Counted from the stretch's first letter, positions 9,339-23,707 are shown. The stretch: 64,000 nt of DNA from Eledone cirrhosa (GCA_964016885.1 CAXHJY010001472.1:372001-436000); one strand, 5' to 3'. Program-made: numbers and translations. The notes: generated by a model from the sequence alone, not told the origin.

Positions 9339-11257
9339 TCATCATCATCATCATCGTTTAACGTCCATATTCCACGCTTGCATGGGTTTGGACGGGAATT
9401 TTCCCACTTGAGGCAAGAGTGGTTGTCTTGCTCGCATAGGACTGTCTGGCGGGTTTTCTACAGCTGGATGCCCTTCCTAACACCAACCGCATTTACAGTG
9501 TGGGACTGAGAGGTTTTTACCGTGTTACCTACACGGCCACATTACTGCGTGGACTGTGTTTTTTTTTTTTGTCGTGACACCTACACGACCTCATTTGTTT
9601 CGGCCTGGATGTTGTGGCACCAACATAACTTTACATTGAAAGGGGCGGTGTGGATGGGGTGGGGGTGTATTTTGTTAGAGGTGCCTACTGACTGTAGTAG
9701 GTTTTACTTTGTATCTAGGTAAGGCGGGTCTTCTCTATTACTGAGTACCGCCAAAGATCTCGGTCCAGTGACATTGTCTTGGAGAGGTGTAAGTGTGTGA
9801 GGTCGGAATTTATCAAGTCGTCCCAGGTTTTTCTGGGTCTGCCTACTCCGTGGCTACCGTCTATCTTTATTGCCCTGCATTTTTTTTATACAGCTGTCGT
9901 CTTTCATCCGCATCACGTGGACCATACCAACGTAGTCTTCTCTCGAGTACACAACATCTGATCCCTCTTATTTCTAATTTTTCCCTTAGTTCGTTTATGC
10001 TTTGCCGTTCACATATATTACTATTACACATCCAGCGAAGCATGCAAGCTTCGTTCCTCTCTAGTCTGCGTATATCCTCTGCACACAATGCCCAGGTCTC
10101 ACTGCCATGCAACATTGCTGTTCATATGCAGGCATCATACAACCTGCCTTTCATTTTTAGGGAGAACCCTTTAGCGGCTAATAGTGGTATAAGCTCTCTG
10201 AACTTTTTCCATCCAGTTCTGACTCTAGCTACTGTACTTTCAGAGCACCCTCCCCCACTGCTGATTTTGTCACCCAGGTAACGGAAGCTGTCCACTATTT
10301 CTATAGAACCCTCTGCGCAATTGAAAGAGCTAGTATTTTGTGGGCACTTGCTGCTACTTATTGCACCAGAGCACCGGCCACATGTAAAATCTATGTTCTT
10401 AGTTAGCTTACCTGTGATCCCACTACATCTTTTATGAACCCATACTTTGCATTTGGGACATAAAATGGAGTTTCTACCTACGCCTTTCCTACACACTGAG
10501 CATGGCCATTTCCCGGAAGGGACCGGCGCCTTATTTTCTTTCCTACAAACTAGAACTTTAGTCTTAGCCAGGTTAATTTTAAGGCCTTCTGATTCTAGGC
10601 CTTGCTTCCATGTTTGGAATTTCTTCTCTAGCTCGGCCATTGATTCAGCTATAAGCGTTAGATCATCTGCGTATAGGAGTTCCCATGGGCAGCCGGTCTT
10701 GAACTCCACTGTTATAGCCTGAAGGGCAATAATAAATAGTAGGGGGCTAAGGACGGAGCCCTGATGAACACCAACTTTTACGCTAAACTCTTCACTATAT
10801 TCGTTGTTAATTCTAACCTTGCTGACTGTTTCTTTATACATGGCTCGTATAGCTCTCACAAGCCATTCCTCAACACCTAGTTTTCTAAGAGCCCACCAGA
10901 TAATGGAACGGGGTACTCTGTCGAAGGCTTTCTCCAAGTCAACAAAAGCTAAGTATAGGGGTTTACTTTTAACTAGGTACTTCTCCTGTAGTTGTCGTAC
11001 AATGAAAAGAGCGTCTGTGGTACTTTTACCTGACACAAACCCGAACTGCATTTCATCTAGATCAATTCTCTCTCTGATTAGTTGCGCTATTACTTTTTCC
11101 GTGACCTTCATGACCTGGTCGATTAATTTAATGCCTCTATAGTTACTCCTATCTAGGGCATCTCCTTTACCCTTGTAACAGTTAATGATGATGCTGCTAC
11201 GCCAGTCCTTCAGAACAACCCCATTCTGTATGACTTGGTTTACTATCCGGGTGACCA
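9336..11257 (-). mobile_element. 5'-truncated dead RTE LINE (family A) with ~400-bp 3' UTR and (GAT)n tail
   Basis: RT ORF with YADD, in-frame TGA at 10122-10124, +1 frameshift after WYG; tail ...catgcaagcgtggaatatggacgttaaac(GAT)n on the minus strand. Confidence 0.93.
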
Positions 11258-13737
11258 TTACGTGTATACATCTGAAAATGTATATATGTATGCAAAGATA
11301 TAAGTAAACATACATGTATACATATAGATGGACAGTTGTGCATATACAATAACTTATTTCTATACATACATATACCACAAGTAAGGCATGGTGCTGCCAA
11401 CTAACCAGACCTCCCTCATAATGGACCAGCTAGATCCCAAAATACAGGCCTGCTTGCCAACACACAGTCCCAATAAGTGTAAGTTACAGCGCAGCTATCT
11501 GGACAGACTTGTCTTAAGACTACACACTATCCCACTACATCTTTTGTATACTATATATATACTGTTTATATATATATATACTATATATATATATACTGTT
11601 TATATATATATATACTATATATATATATACTGTTTATATATATATACACACATATAATTGTGTATTCACACATTATCTTAGTAATGAAATAATTAATAAT
11701 TTTAGTAAATTGTTCAAAATTCTTCATTAACCCTTTTGGTAGAAACCCAGCCAAAATTAGTTCTCGTACTATGGAAATGGTTCCTATCTAAATTAAAGTC
11801 TTCCAACAAAATTCTATATTAACAACCATATGGTAAGTTACTATGTTAGTAATTAACTAACAATTGTGATAAATAGCTCAAAATTATTCATAATTAATTG
11901 AATTATAAGGTTCATAATTATAATAAAATCTTCAAATAGGCTACGAAACCGGTAAACCTGAAAGGTACACAACACACACACATTGCTATAGCGTTTCACC
12001 AGCCCCTTCCTTCCTGAATTATTACAGAGATGTGTGTGTATGTAATAATTATTTGTATAATGTGTGTCTATTTATGAATATGTATGAGTAGATGTGTGTG
12101 TGTGTATCACAGTAGATGTGTATGTAACACAGTAGATGTGTATATGTAACAGAGTAGATGTGTGTTTGCATGTAACTCAGTATATGTGTATGTAACTCAG
12201 TAGATGTGTGTGTGTAACACGGTAGATGTGTGTGTGTAACACGGTAGATGTGTGTGTGTAACACGGTAGATGTGTGTATGTAACAGTAGATGTGTATGTA
12301 TGTAACACAGTAGATGTGTATGTATGTAACACAGTAGATGTGTGTATGTAACACAGTACATGTGTGTGTATGTAACTCAGTAGATGTGTGTGTATGTAAC
12401 TCAGTAGATTGTGTGTATGTAACACAGTAGATTGTGTGTATGTAACATAGAAGATGTGTGTAACACAGTAGATGTGTGTGTATGTAACACAATAGATCTG
12501 TGTGTATGTAACTCAGTAGATGTGTGTGTATGTAACACAGGTGTGTGTATGTAACACAGTAGATGTGTGTATGTAACATAGTAGATGTGTGTATGTAACA
12601 CAGAAGATGTGTGTGTATGTAACACAGTAGATGTGTGTGTATGTAACTCAGTAGATGTGTGTGTATGTAACACAGTAGATGTGTGTGTAACACAGTAGAT
12701 GTGTATGTAACGCAGTAGATGTGTGTGTATGTAACCCAGTTGATGTGTGTGTATGTAACACAGTAGATGTGTGTATGTAACATAGTATATGTGTATGTAA
12801 CTAAAGTGTAACGTACGTTACAAATGGACGACAAAATGATTTTAACTTGTTTTTTAACAATTGATGGTGGAAAAGATTTTAAATTGTCTTAACTCAGACC
12901 ATAAAGGGCCGCAACACATGGAGTCTGACACTCTTACCGGCTACATAGCCTGGGCGTCTATTTTACCGCGACCGGCTACATAGCATCTTCCTAAAATCTT
13001 CCAACATAATTTTATACAAGAACCACATGTTAAGTTACTAATAAAATAATTAATAAATAAAAACATTAGTAAGTCCTTCAAATGATATCTCAGTAATGAA
13101 ATAATTAATAATTGTTATAAATACCTCAAAATTCCTCATTAATTAAACCTCATTAATTAATTAAGCCGCTGAAAAGTGCAACAGATGCCCTCTTCTTAGT
13201 GAGACAACTACAAAAGAGGTTCTTAGAGAAAAATAAGCCACTATACTTAGCTTTGGACATAGAGAAGGCTTTTGATAGAGAACTCTTATAAATGACAACA
13301 TATATATATGTGTGTGTATATATATGTTTTTTTAAAAACTATATATTTATTACTCCCTTAAGCAGAAGAAATATATTCCCAGATATCGAAGATTACCACA
13401 ATAACTAGGGAGCGGAAATCAATAGATGCTGGACATTGCTGCTGAGGGTAGGATGACCTGATGAGCTGGCTCCTGTGGTGGATACCTAAACATAGTAAGA
13501 CCCTAGTGGGATGACTGAGGTTCACCTACATACATCAGATGTCTCTGGATCTCCAGCTGGAGATTAATGATCTCAGGAATGCCATGAAAAATCGTGACAT
13601 CTAAAAAAGAAGAGTAGAATTGTTCTGGCCAATCCACCTGACCTAATAAACAATAATAATATTAATATATATTGATGAAAATTAATTATGGTGAAATATC
13701 TTAGAAATCATTCTCAGAGGTTTTGTATTGTAATCCA

Positions 13738-15712
13738 CACTTGCTCCTTGTGGCTTCTGATGCAGACATCATGTCCGCCATCAGGTCCTTCCCAGCTAGC
13801 AGCTGCGGAGATGTTGATGGTCTCTGACCAGGCCTCCTCAAGGAGTTGATATCTCCCCTCTCCGCTGAGGCCGGGCGCCGCCTTCTGAGTGCAATTGTGG
13901 CGCTCACCAATAGGCTCATCCATGGCGCCCTGGACTCTTATGCTCGAGGCCTCTTTTTTTCGGCCAGCCTCACCGCTCGCAGGAAGAAAGAGGATGGCAT
14001 ACGCCCCATTGCTGTGGGCAATGTCTTCCGGAGGCTGGCTGCCAAGGTAATCTGCAAGTCCGTAACACTCGGAACCGGCATCCAGGGCCTCCAGCCACCT
14101 CATTGTCAAGTTTGACATGAGGAATGCCTTCAACTCTTTACGCTGGGATCATCTGCTCGAGGCCTGCCTCAGCCGAGCCCCCTCTGCCTACCTGTCATAT
14201 GGAGCCCCAAGCATGCGCCATGCTGCTGATACGGTCATACCCTTGGCTACTGGGATCCAACAGGGCAACCCTTTGGGACCCCTCCTGTTCACCCTTGGTA
14301 TTGACCACATCGCCTGGAGTATAACAGCCCCTCTCAACGTTTGGTATCTGGATGATGCTACTTTGGGTGGGCCCGTACAGGCGGTCTGCCATGACCTTCA
14401 ATCGGTGGTTCCTGCCCTGGCGGGAATCGACCTCCAGGTCAACTCAGCCAAGTCGGAGGTGGTGAATGTCAGCCTCGATGCTGCAAGCTTTGCAGTCTCC
14501 GTCTTGGACGTGCGGTCCATTCTCCGCCAGGTTCAGGTGACCCCCCAAAGAGGATGCCCTCACCGATCCACCCGCCGGCCATCCGCTCCTCCATCAAGTC
14601 CAGACTCTCACGAGCCGACTGGGCTTGATTGATGGCCACCCAGTTCTCTTTCTGCTGAGGAACTGCTACGCCATGCCGAAGCTCCTCTATACACTCTTTG
14701 CTACACCTAAACTTGTATCCGAGCAGCAGCCGATGAGATATGCAACTTTACCTGTCAGGTATGGCGGCCTTCGCCTCCAGTCCCCGATCTCACTAGCTTT
14801 GCCGGCATATCTTTCGTCGGAAACCTCGTACCACGTCCTCTTCAGCAGGGTTCTTCAAAACACAACAGAACCCTCTGTGTTCAGAGAACGCGTGGCCGCC
14901 TGTGAGACGTGGGACCGGCTGGGACTTAGCCCAGTAGACGTTCCTCCTCCTTCTCCCCCTGTTGACGTCAAGTCCCCCCCAACACACTTGGGATGCCATC
15001 CAGTGCAGCCTGGCCTCAGACAGGCTCACGTGCCAGCTCGACCAGCACCGCCTTGTTTGTTTTCGTGCAGCCTCCAAACCCCACAGTGGGGCCTGGCTCC
15101 ATGCCCTGCCCTCCTTCTCCACTCGCACGCAGCTAGACAACAATAGCTTGCGCATCGGCGTTTCCCTGAGGCTCGGCCTCACACCAATGTCGCTGCCGTT
15201 CCACCATGGACTCTTTCGGCCTCCACCCGCAATCCATGCCATGCTGCCCTCAACGAAGTCATTAAGCATGGCTTGGACGCTGCAGGCTTCCCTTCCCAGC
15301 TCGAGGGGACGGCAAAAGGCTAGATGGCATGACCATCTTCCCGTTCCGCGGTGGCAAACCCCTCGTCTGGGATGCCACTTGCACCGACACTTTCTGCAGC
15401 CGCAACCTGGTGCAGTCTGCGACTGGCCCAGGTTCTGCTGCACGTCAGGCTGAGGGGGCCAAACTCCTCACATATCGTTCACTCTCCGACAGGTTTGCGG
15501 TCGTACCCCTGGAAGTGGAGACTTCTGGTGTCCTCGGCCCCAGGGCTACCTCCTTACTCACCACCATAGGCGCTGAGCTGGCCAGCCGCAGGTGTGAGCC
15601 CCGCGAGTTGGAGTGGCTTTTCCAGCGCGTCTCCCTTGCCGTGCTCCGGGGAAACGCCTTCTCCATTCTGTCCGCCGGGGCTGTGGGTGGGTCCCATCGC
15701 GTACCGTTATGA
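13738..15712 (+). mobile_element. CRE-clade retrotransposon, copy 2 (26-bp deletion at ~15230)
   Basis: Near-identical to 2670-4669. Confidence 0.88.
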
Positions 15713-17548
15713 ATGTATACAAAACAACTAAATCTCTTAAATAACTTCACTTATATCCAAAACATGATTTGTATATACATCAACAGTGACTCATTATTAT
15801 ACGCCAGTCACGACCCCACTGCAAAAACGATATCTATATAACAACCCCACCGTAAAACTACTCTTCCCCACTTTACAAACACTTTATATTATTTGTCATT
15901 AAGGTTTCTTAAAATAAATATATATACGTATGTGTAGTAATTAGTACGGAGACTGAGAGAGAAGGGGCGAGTGTGTCTTCATGGAGGGCACATGGGACCA
16001 GCAAAGCCCTAAAAGTAGAGACCAGTAAATGAGATAAGGTCCTAGCTATGTTAAGAATATAAATAAGAAACATGTTCTATACATTTAAGAAGACAAGAGA
16101 AACATGTTCTAAACATTTAAGAAATAATTATTTACCTCTTTCATGTCGGTAATATAGCGGTGTTATAAAACTAATTATAACGACCGGTGTTAAAATAGAG
16201 AGAGATAGACAGTTAAATGTGTGTCACACTCTCACCCTCTCTTTAAATCTTTTACACTATCTAACTCGTACTTCTCACACTCTCTTTAAATCTTTTACTC
16301 TATCTACCTCTCATTTCTATCTGTGTATGTATGTATGTATCTGTCTATGTGTAACTCGGTGTACTGGAGCAATATGAAGTGAAGTGTCTTGCTGAAGAAG
16401 ACATTTTGTGGAGTTATATCATCGTTTCTTGTTATAAAGCTACTTATACTACCGGCGTAACAGTGGCTATAGGTGATAGATGTAGAAATAAAAGGCTGTA
16501 ACAGCGATATAAATATAGATGAAATAGTTTACCACGAGACTAAGAATGAATGTTTAATGGAATTAAGTGTAATCTAATAGGAAATAAGAGGCTAGAGCAG
16601 CGAAATGTTTACGTAAAATAAAAGAACAACAAACAAGAGTGCAACATTGAAATTTTTTTTTTTTTTTTTGTCGATATAAGCGTTATTTTATGCGCGATTT
16701 GCCTTGCTGCCAGCGCTGCTCAGTCAGTAGCAGCCCCGCTTACGAAGTTCAGGAGCCAACGACTTTACATGGTTCGAATCTCACCCTCTCCGCTCTTGTC
16801 GAGTTATCTCCTACTCTTTTTACTTAGTTCCAGGTCATTAAAATAGAGCAAAGAGGGCGCGGCGATCGGCATATGCACTGGCTACAATGTTGAACTTTGG
16901 TACTGACTGCGTAGTTGAACGTTCCACATACCAACCGCCCAACTGGCCAGTCAACCGCATATGCGGCTGGCTGGCCGGTTGGGTAGTTGGCATATGTACT
17001 GGCTACCATGCTGAACATTGTACTGACTGTCAAGTTGAACGTTCTAACCCTCTCTTTACATCTATTACTCTATCTACCGCTTAGTTCTGCCCCTCTCTTT
17101 ACTTCTATAACTCTATCTCCCACTCTCTTTACATCTATTACAGTGTCTCCCTGTATATATACACGTATATATGCACTAGATTTTATAAGAAATCTACGTA
17201 ATAATATAATTAACAATAGTTGATGAATTAGACCAGAGTTAATTAAACAATAAATATGAATGAAATAGCAGTAGATGGCGAAACTTGAGTGTTGTGTGTG
17301 CATACATATATATGAGGTAAACTGGTTCAAATACTGTCAGGATTATATTGGATCAAAGACTGTATTAAATAGAAAGTAAAAAATGAAGTGAAAATATAAA
17401 AACAAACTGAAAATTTCCCCATCCCTAGAAAAATTCATATCTTGTTATATATAGATAATTGGCGCTTTAAATTGAATAAATATTCATTTATATATATATA
17501 TATATGTATATATATATGTACACTGATATATATATGTGTATATATATA

Positions 17549-17592
<44 letters not shown>

Positions 17593-17595
<3 letters not shown>

Positions 17596-18144
17596 ACTTC
17601 ATCATACGTCCGCTTTTCCATGCTTGCAAGGGTGGGGTGGGAGCTGATTCTGGATTGGTTTCTACAGCTGGGTGCCCTTCCTGACGCCAACCCCGTTTGC
17701 AGTGAGTGCTGGGTGCTTTTTATTTTCCGTGGCACCTCCACGTCAGCTTTACAGTGTGGGCTGGGTGCTTTTTGGCCGCGGCGCCTCCACGACCACTTTG
17801 CCGTGGGGAGGTGGGGTGGTATGTGTATACCCAGCCCATTGTCATTTGCCACACAGAAAAGCGTATAGCATCGTTCTTTACCCACGATGAATCTAGCAGA
17901 CCCACCCCTCCACCTGGTCTCTTGAATACAACAAACATCGACCTCCTTACGTTCAAGCATTTCTACAACCTCGTTAGAGCCACCCTATAAGGTGCCTACA
18001 TTAATGGTACCAACTCTGAAGTTTTGGATTGCGTTTGGAGGTTGGGAGCGGTGGGGAGCGGGGATGGGGTTAGGGTTAGCCATCCGCGGCCGAAACAAAG
18101 AGGAGGAGCCCTTGCATTCTCGTCCATGAGGTGGATTTGTCTTT
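17593..18144 (-). mobile_element. Chimeric non-autonomous RTE derivative, long form (RTE 5' region and APE N-terminus joined to a SINE-like 3' module); copy at ~49900-50450, 5' remnant at 34758-34856
   Basis: Minus strand FRVGTINVGTL*GGSNEVVEMLERKEVDVCCIQETRWRGGSARFIVGKERC fused to the tail module seen at 6547-6770. Confidence 0.82.
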
Positions 18145-18645
18145 ATGTATGTATATGTATATATGTATGTATGTGTGTGTATGTATATGTATATATGAGT
18201 GTATATGTGTATATGTATGTATATGTATGTGTATGTATGTGTATATATGTGTATATGTATGTGTTTGTATATATGTGTGTGTATGTATATATGTGTGTAT
18301 GTATATATATATATATGTATGTGTATATGTATGTATATGTATGTATGTGTATATGTATATATGTATGTATATGTGTGTATGTATGTATATATGTATGTAT
18401 GTGTATATATGTATGTATGTATATGTATATATACGTGTGTATATGTAAATATACTTATGTGTATATGCTTATGTATGTGTATGTGTGTATATTTATATTA
18501 TGTATATATATATATCTATGTATGTGTATGTATGTATATATATGTATGTATATGTGTATGTATGTGTATGTATGTATGTGTATATATGTATGTATGTATA
18601 TATATATGTATGTATATGTATGTGTATGTATATGTATATGTATAT
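18145..18645. repeat. Compound (TA)/(TG)/(TATG) microsatellite; copies at 34855-35381 and 50450-50930
   Basis: Directly visible; source of the M/Y/V/C ORFs. Confidence 0.95.
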
Positions 18646-18996
18646 GGAGGCACATGGCTTAGTGGTTCGAGCATTGGCCTGGCAATCGAAAGGTTGTGAG
18701 TTCAATTCTCAGACCGGGTGATGTGTTGTTTCCTTGAGCAAGACACTTTATTTCACATTGCTCCAGTTTACTCAGCTGTAGAAATGAGATGATAGGGACT
18801 GGGGTCCATATCATTCCACTGCAAAGTGGTCGTGGAGGTGCCACGGCAAAAAAGCACTCAGCACTCACTGTAAATGAGGTTGGTGTTAGGAAGGGCATCC
18901 AGCTGTAGAAATCAAGCCAGAATCAGTTCCGTCCCACCCTTGCAAGCAGGGAAAAAGCGGACTTAAAACGAAATGATGATGATGATGATGATGATG
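18646..18996 (+). mobile_element. tRNA-derived SINE with conserved central domain and RTE-type 3' tail
   Basis: A box TGGCTTAGTGG, B box GAGTTCAATTC, central ccttgagcaagacactttatttcacattgctccag, then gttaggaagggcatccagctgtagaaa and tail cgtcccacccttgcaagcagggaaaaagcggac...(GAT)n. Confidence 0.9.
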
Positions 18997-20148
18997 TATG
19001 TATGTATGTGTATATGTATGTATGTATGTATGTATATGTATGAGATGCAGTTTGGTTTTGTGCCGCTGAAAAGTGCAACAGATGCCCTCTTCTTAGTGAG
19101 ACAACTACAAAAGAGGTTCTTAGAGAAAAATAAGCCACTATACTTAGCTTTGGACATAGAGAAGGCTTTTGATAGAGAACTCTTATAAATGACAACATAT
19201 ATATATGTGTGTGTATATATATGTTTTTTTTAAAACTATATATTTATTACTCCCTTAAGCAGAAGAAATATATTCCCAGATATCGAAGATTACCACAATA
19301 ACTAGGGAGCGGAAATCAATAGATGCTGGACATTGCTGCTGAGGGTAGGATGACCTGATGAGCTGGCTCCTGTGGTGGATACCTAAACATAGTAAGAGCC
19401 AAGTGGGATGACTGAGGTTCACCTACATACATCAGATGTCTCTGGATCTCCAGCTGGAGATTAATGATCTCAGGAATGCCATGAAAAATCGTGACATCTA
19501 AAAAAGAAGAGTAGAATTGTTCTGGCCAATCCACCTGACCTAATAAACAATAATAATATTAATATATATTGATGAAAATTAATTATGGTGAAATATCTTA
19601 GAAATCATTCACATACCAACCGCCCAACTGGCCAGTCAACCGCAAATACGGCTGGCTGGCCGGTTGGGTAGTTGGCATATGTACTGACTGTCAAGTTGAA
19701 CGTTCTAACCCTCTCTTTACATCTATTGCTCTATCTACCGCTTATTTCTCTCCCTCTCTTTACTTCTATAACTCTATCTCCCACTCTCTTTACATCTATT
19801 ACACAGTGTCTCCCTGTATATATACACGTATATATGCACTAGATTTTATAAGAAATCTACGTAATAATATAATTAACAATAGTTGATGAATTAGACCAGA
19901 GTTAATTAAACAATAAATATGAATGAAATAGCAGTAGATGGCGAAACTTGAGTGTTGTGTGTGCATACATATATATGAGGTAAACTGGTTCAAATACTGT
20001 CAGGATTATATTGGATCAAAGACTGTATTAAATAGAAAGTAAAAAATGAAGTGAAAATATAAAAACAAACTGAAAATTTCCCCATCCCTAGAAAAATTCA
20101 TATCTTGTTATATATAGATAATTGGCGCTTTAAATTGAATAAATATTC

Positions 20149-20192
<44 letters not shown>

Positions 20193-21782
20193 TGATATAT
20201 ATGTGTGTGTATATATATATATATATGTATGTGTATATGTGTACATATGTATGTGTATATATATACTAATATATATATATATATATCAACTTCATCATAC
20301 GTCCGCTTTTCCATGCTTGCAAGGGTGGGGTGGGAGCTGATTCTGGATTGGTTTCTACAGCTGGGTGCCCTTCCTGACGCCAATCCAGTTTACAGTGAGT
20401 GCTGGGTGCTTTTTTTTTTTCCGTGGCACCTCCACGTCAGCTTTACAGAGCGGGCTGGGTGCTTTTTTGCCGTGGCGCCTCCACGACCACTTTACGGTGG
20501 GGTGGTGGGGTGGTATGTGTATACCCAGCCCATTGTCATTTCCCACCCAGAAAAGTTCATAGCACCGTTCTTTACCCACGATGAATCTAGCAGACCCACC
20601 CCTCCACCTGGTCTCTTGAATACAACAGTGGTTTCACTAAAATAAAAATTAAATTAAATTAAATTAAATTAATTATATTAGATAAATAGACATTGGGGTT
20701 CTCACCAAAGATTTTCAGTTATTTCTAAGAGATGTAAAAGGAAAATTAAAAAAAGATTAATAGGACACATTAGACATGTCTCCAAGCAAGAATTGAACTT
20801 ACAGACAAGGATCTCACCATCTCTGGTACTTCCCACTAAGCCACCAAGACTGCTACAAAGGTCTATTGAAAATTAATATTTATAAACCTACTTTCAAAAT
20901 ATAACTAATTTAATTAAAAATAAAATAAAATAAATAGACATTGGCGTTCTCACAAAACTTTTTCAGTTCTTTTTTCTAAGAAATGTCAAAGGAATATATA
21001 TATATATATATATATTTTATTTTTAATTTTATTTTGAAAGTAGGTTTATAAATATTAAATTTCAGTACATCTTTGTATCAGTCTCGGTAGCTTAGTGGGA
21101 AGTACCAGAGATGGTGAGATCCTGTTCTGGGTGTTCAATCCTGGTCTGAGGGTTGAATTGGGGACTCAGGTTCAATCCTGGTCCATGAGATACATGTAAG
21201 GTGTCATGTTAATCTTTTATAATTTTCTTTCTATATCTCTTTGAAAAAGAGAACCCCTATTTATTTAATTATATTGAATTTAATTTTTTATTTTAGTTAA
21301 ATTGTCGAAAACACTGAAGATCTAAAGGTTGAGGAGACAATATGTCTATTTTATCTGTCTCCTCTAACTTTAGATCACCAGTGGTTTTGACAATTTAACT
21401 AAAGTAAAATAAAATAAAATTAATTAAATTATATTAGATAAATAGACATTGGGGTTCTCACCAAAGATTTTCAGTTTTTTCTGAGGAAAATTTAAAAAAA
21501 GATTAACAGGACACATTACAGCAATGATTGAACTCCCAGACCAGGATTGAACCTACAGACAAGGACCTCACCATCTCTGGTACTTCCCACTAAGCCGCCA
21601 AGACTGCTACAAAGGTCTGCTGATAATTAATATTTATAAACCTAATTTCAAAATAAAATTAATGTTATTAATTTTATTTAAAAATAAAATAAAATAAATA
21701 AACATTGGGGTTCTCACAAAACTTTTTCATTTTTTTTCTAAGAAATGTCAAAGGAATATATATATATATATATATATATATC

Positions 21783-23707
21783 TCATCATCATCATCATCA
21801 TCATCGTTTAACGTCCATATTCCACGCTTGCATGGGTTTGGACGGGAATTTTCCCACTTGAGGCAAGAGTGGTTGTCTTGCTCGCATAGGACTGTCTGGC
21901 GGGTTTTCTACAGCTGGATGCCCTTCCTAACACCAACCGCATTTACAGTGTGGGACTGGGAGGTTTTTACCGTGTTACCTACACGGCCACATTACTGCGT
22001 GGACTGTGTTTTTTTTTTTTGTCGTGACACCTACACGACCTCATTTGTTTCGGCCTGGATGTTGTGGCACCAACATAACTTTACATTGAAAGGGGCGGTG
22101 TGGATGGGGTGGGGGTGTATTTTGTTAGAGGTGCCTACTGACTGTAGTAGGTTTTACTTTGTATCTAGGTAAGGCGGGTCTTCTCTATTACTGAGTACTG
22201 CCAAAGATCTCGGTCCAGTGACATTGTCTTGGAGAGGTGTAAGTGTGTGAGGTCGGAATTTATCAAGTCGTCCCAGGTTTTTCTGGGTCTGCCTACTCCG
22301 TGGCTACCGTCTATCTTTATTGCCCTGCATTTTTTTTATACAGCTGTCGTCTTTCATCCGCATCACGTGGACCATACCAACGTAGTCTTCTCTCGAGTAC
22401 ACAACATCTGATCCCTCTTATTTCTAATTTTTCCCTTAGTTCGTTTATGCTTTGCCGTTCACATATATTACTATTACACATCCAGCGAAGCATGCAAGCT
22501 TCGTTCCTCTCTAGTCTGCGTATATCCTCTGCACACAATGCCCAGGTCTCACTGCCATGCAACATTGCTGTTCATATGCAGGCATCATACAACCTGCCTT
22601 TCATTTTTAGGGAGAACCCTTTAGCGGCTAATAGTGGTATAAGCTCTCTGAACTTTTTCCATCCAGTTCTGACTCTAGCTACTGTACTTTCAGAGCACCC
22701 TCCCCCACTGCTGATTTTGTCACCCAGGTAACGGAAGCTGTCCACTATTTCTATAGAACCCTCTGCGCAATTGAAAGAGCTAGTATTTTGTGGGCACTTG
22801 CTGCTACTTATTGCACCAGAGCACCGGCCACATGTAAAATCTATGTTCTTAGTTAGCTTACCTGTGATCCCACTACATCTTTTATGAACCCATACTTTGC
22901 ATTTGGGACATAAAATGGAGTTTCTACCTACGCCTTTCCTACACACTGAGCATGGCCATTTCCCGGAAGGGACCGGCGCCTTATTTTCTTTCCTACAAAC
23001 TAGAACTTTAGTCTTAGCCAGGTTAATTTTAAGGCCTTCTGATTCTAGGCCTTGCTTCCATGTTTGGAATTTCTTCTCTAGCTCGGCCATTGATTCAGCT
23101 ATGAGCGTTAGATCATCTGCGTATAGGAGTTCCCATGGGCAGCCGGTCTTGAACTCCACTGTTATAGCCTGAAGGGCAATAATAAATAGTAGGGGGCTAA
23201 GGACGGAGCCCTGATGAACACCAACTTTTACGCTAAACTCTTCACTATATTCGTTGTTAATTCTAACCTTGCTGACTGTTTCTTTATACATGGCTCGTAT
23301 AGCTCTCACAAGCCATTCCTCAACACCTAGTTTTCTAAGAGCCCACCAGATAATGGAACGGGGGACTCTGTCGAAGGCTTTCTCCAAGTCAACAAAAGCT
23401 AAGTATAGGGGTTTACTTTTAACTAGGTACTTCTCCTGTAGTTGTCGTACAATGAAAAGAGCGTCTGTGGTACTTTTACCTGACACAAACCCGAACTGCA
23501 TTTCATCTAGATCAATTCTCTCTCTGATTAGTTGCGCTATTACTTTTTCCGTGACCTTCATGACCTGGTCGATTAATTTAATGCCTCTATAGTTACTCCT
23601 ATCTAGGGCATCTCCTTTACCCTTGTAACAGTTAATGATGATGCTGCTACGCCAGTCCTTCAGAACAACCCCATTCTGTATGACTTGGTTTACTATCCGG
23701 GTGACCA
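21783..23707 (-). mobile_element. RTE LINE family A, duplicate copy
   Basis: Near-identical to 9336-11257, including the same stop and frameshift. Confidence 0.93.

Noticed and set aside
11258-11378. N-terminus of the 418-aa RT ORF as a real start or domesticated fusion
   Set aside because: Read-through into TA/TG-rich flank beyond the LINE 5' truncation; the element also has a downstream stop and frameshift.
18024-18721. Long M/Y/V/C-rich ORFs (also at 34842-35457 and 50331-51006)
   Set aside because: Microsatellite translations.
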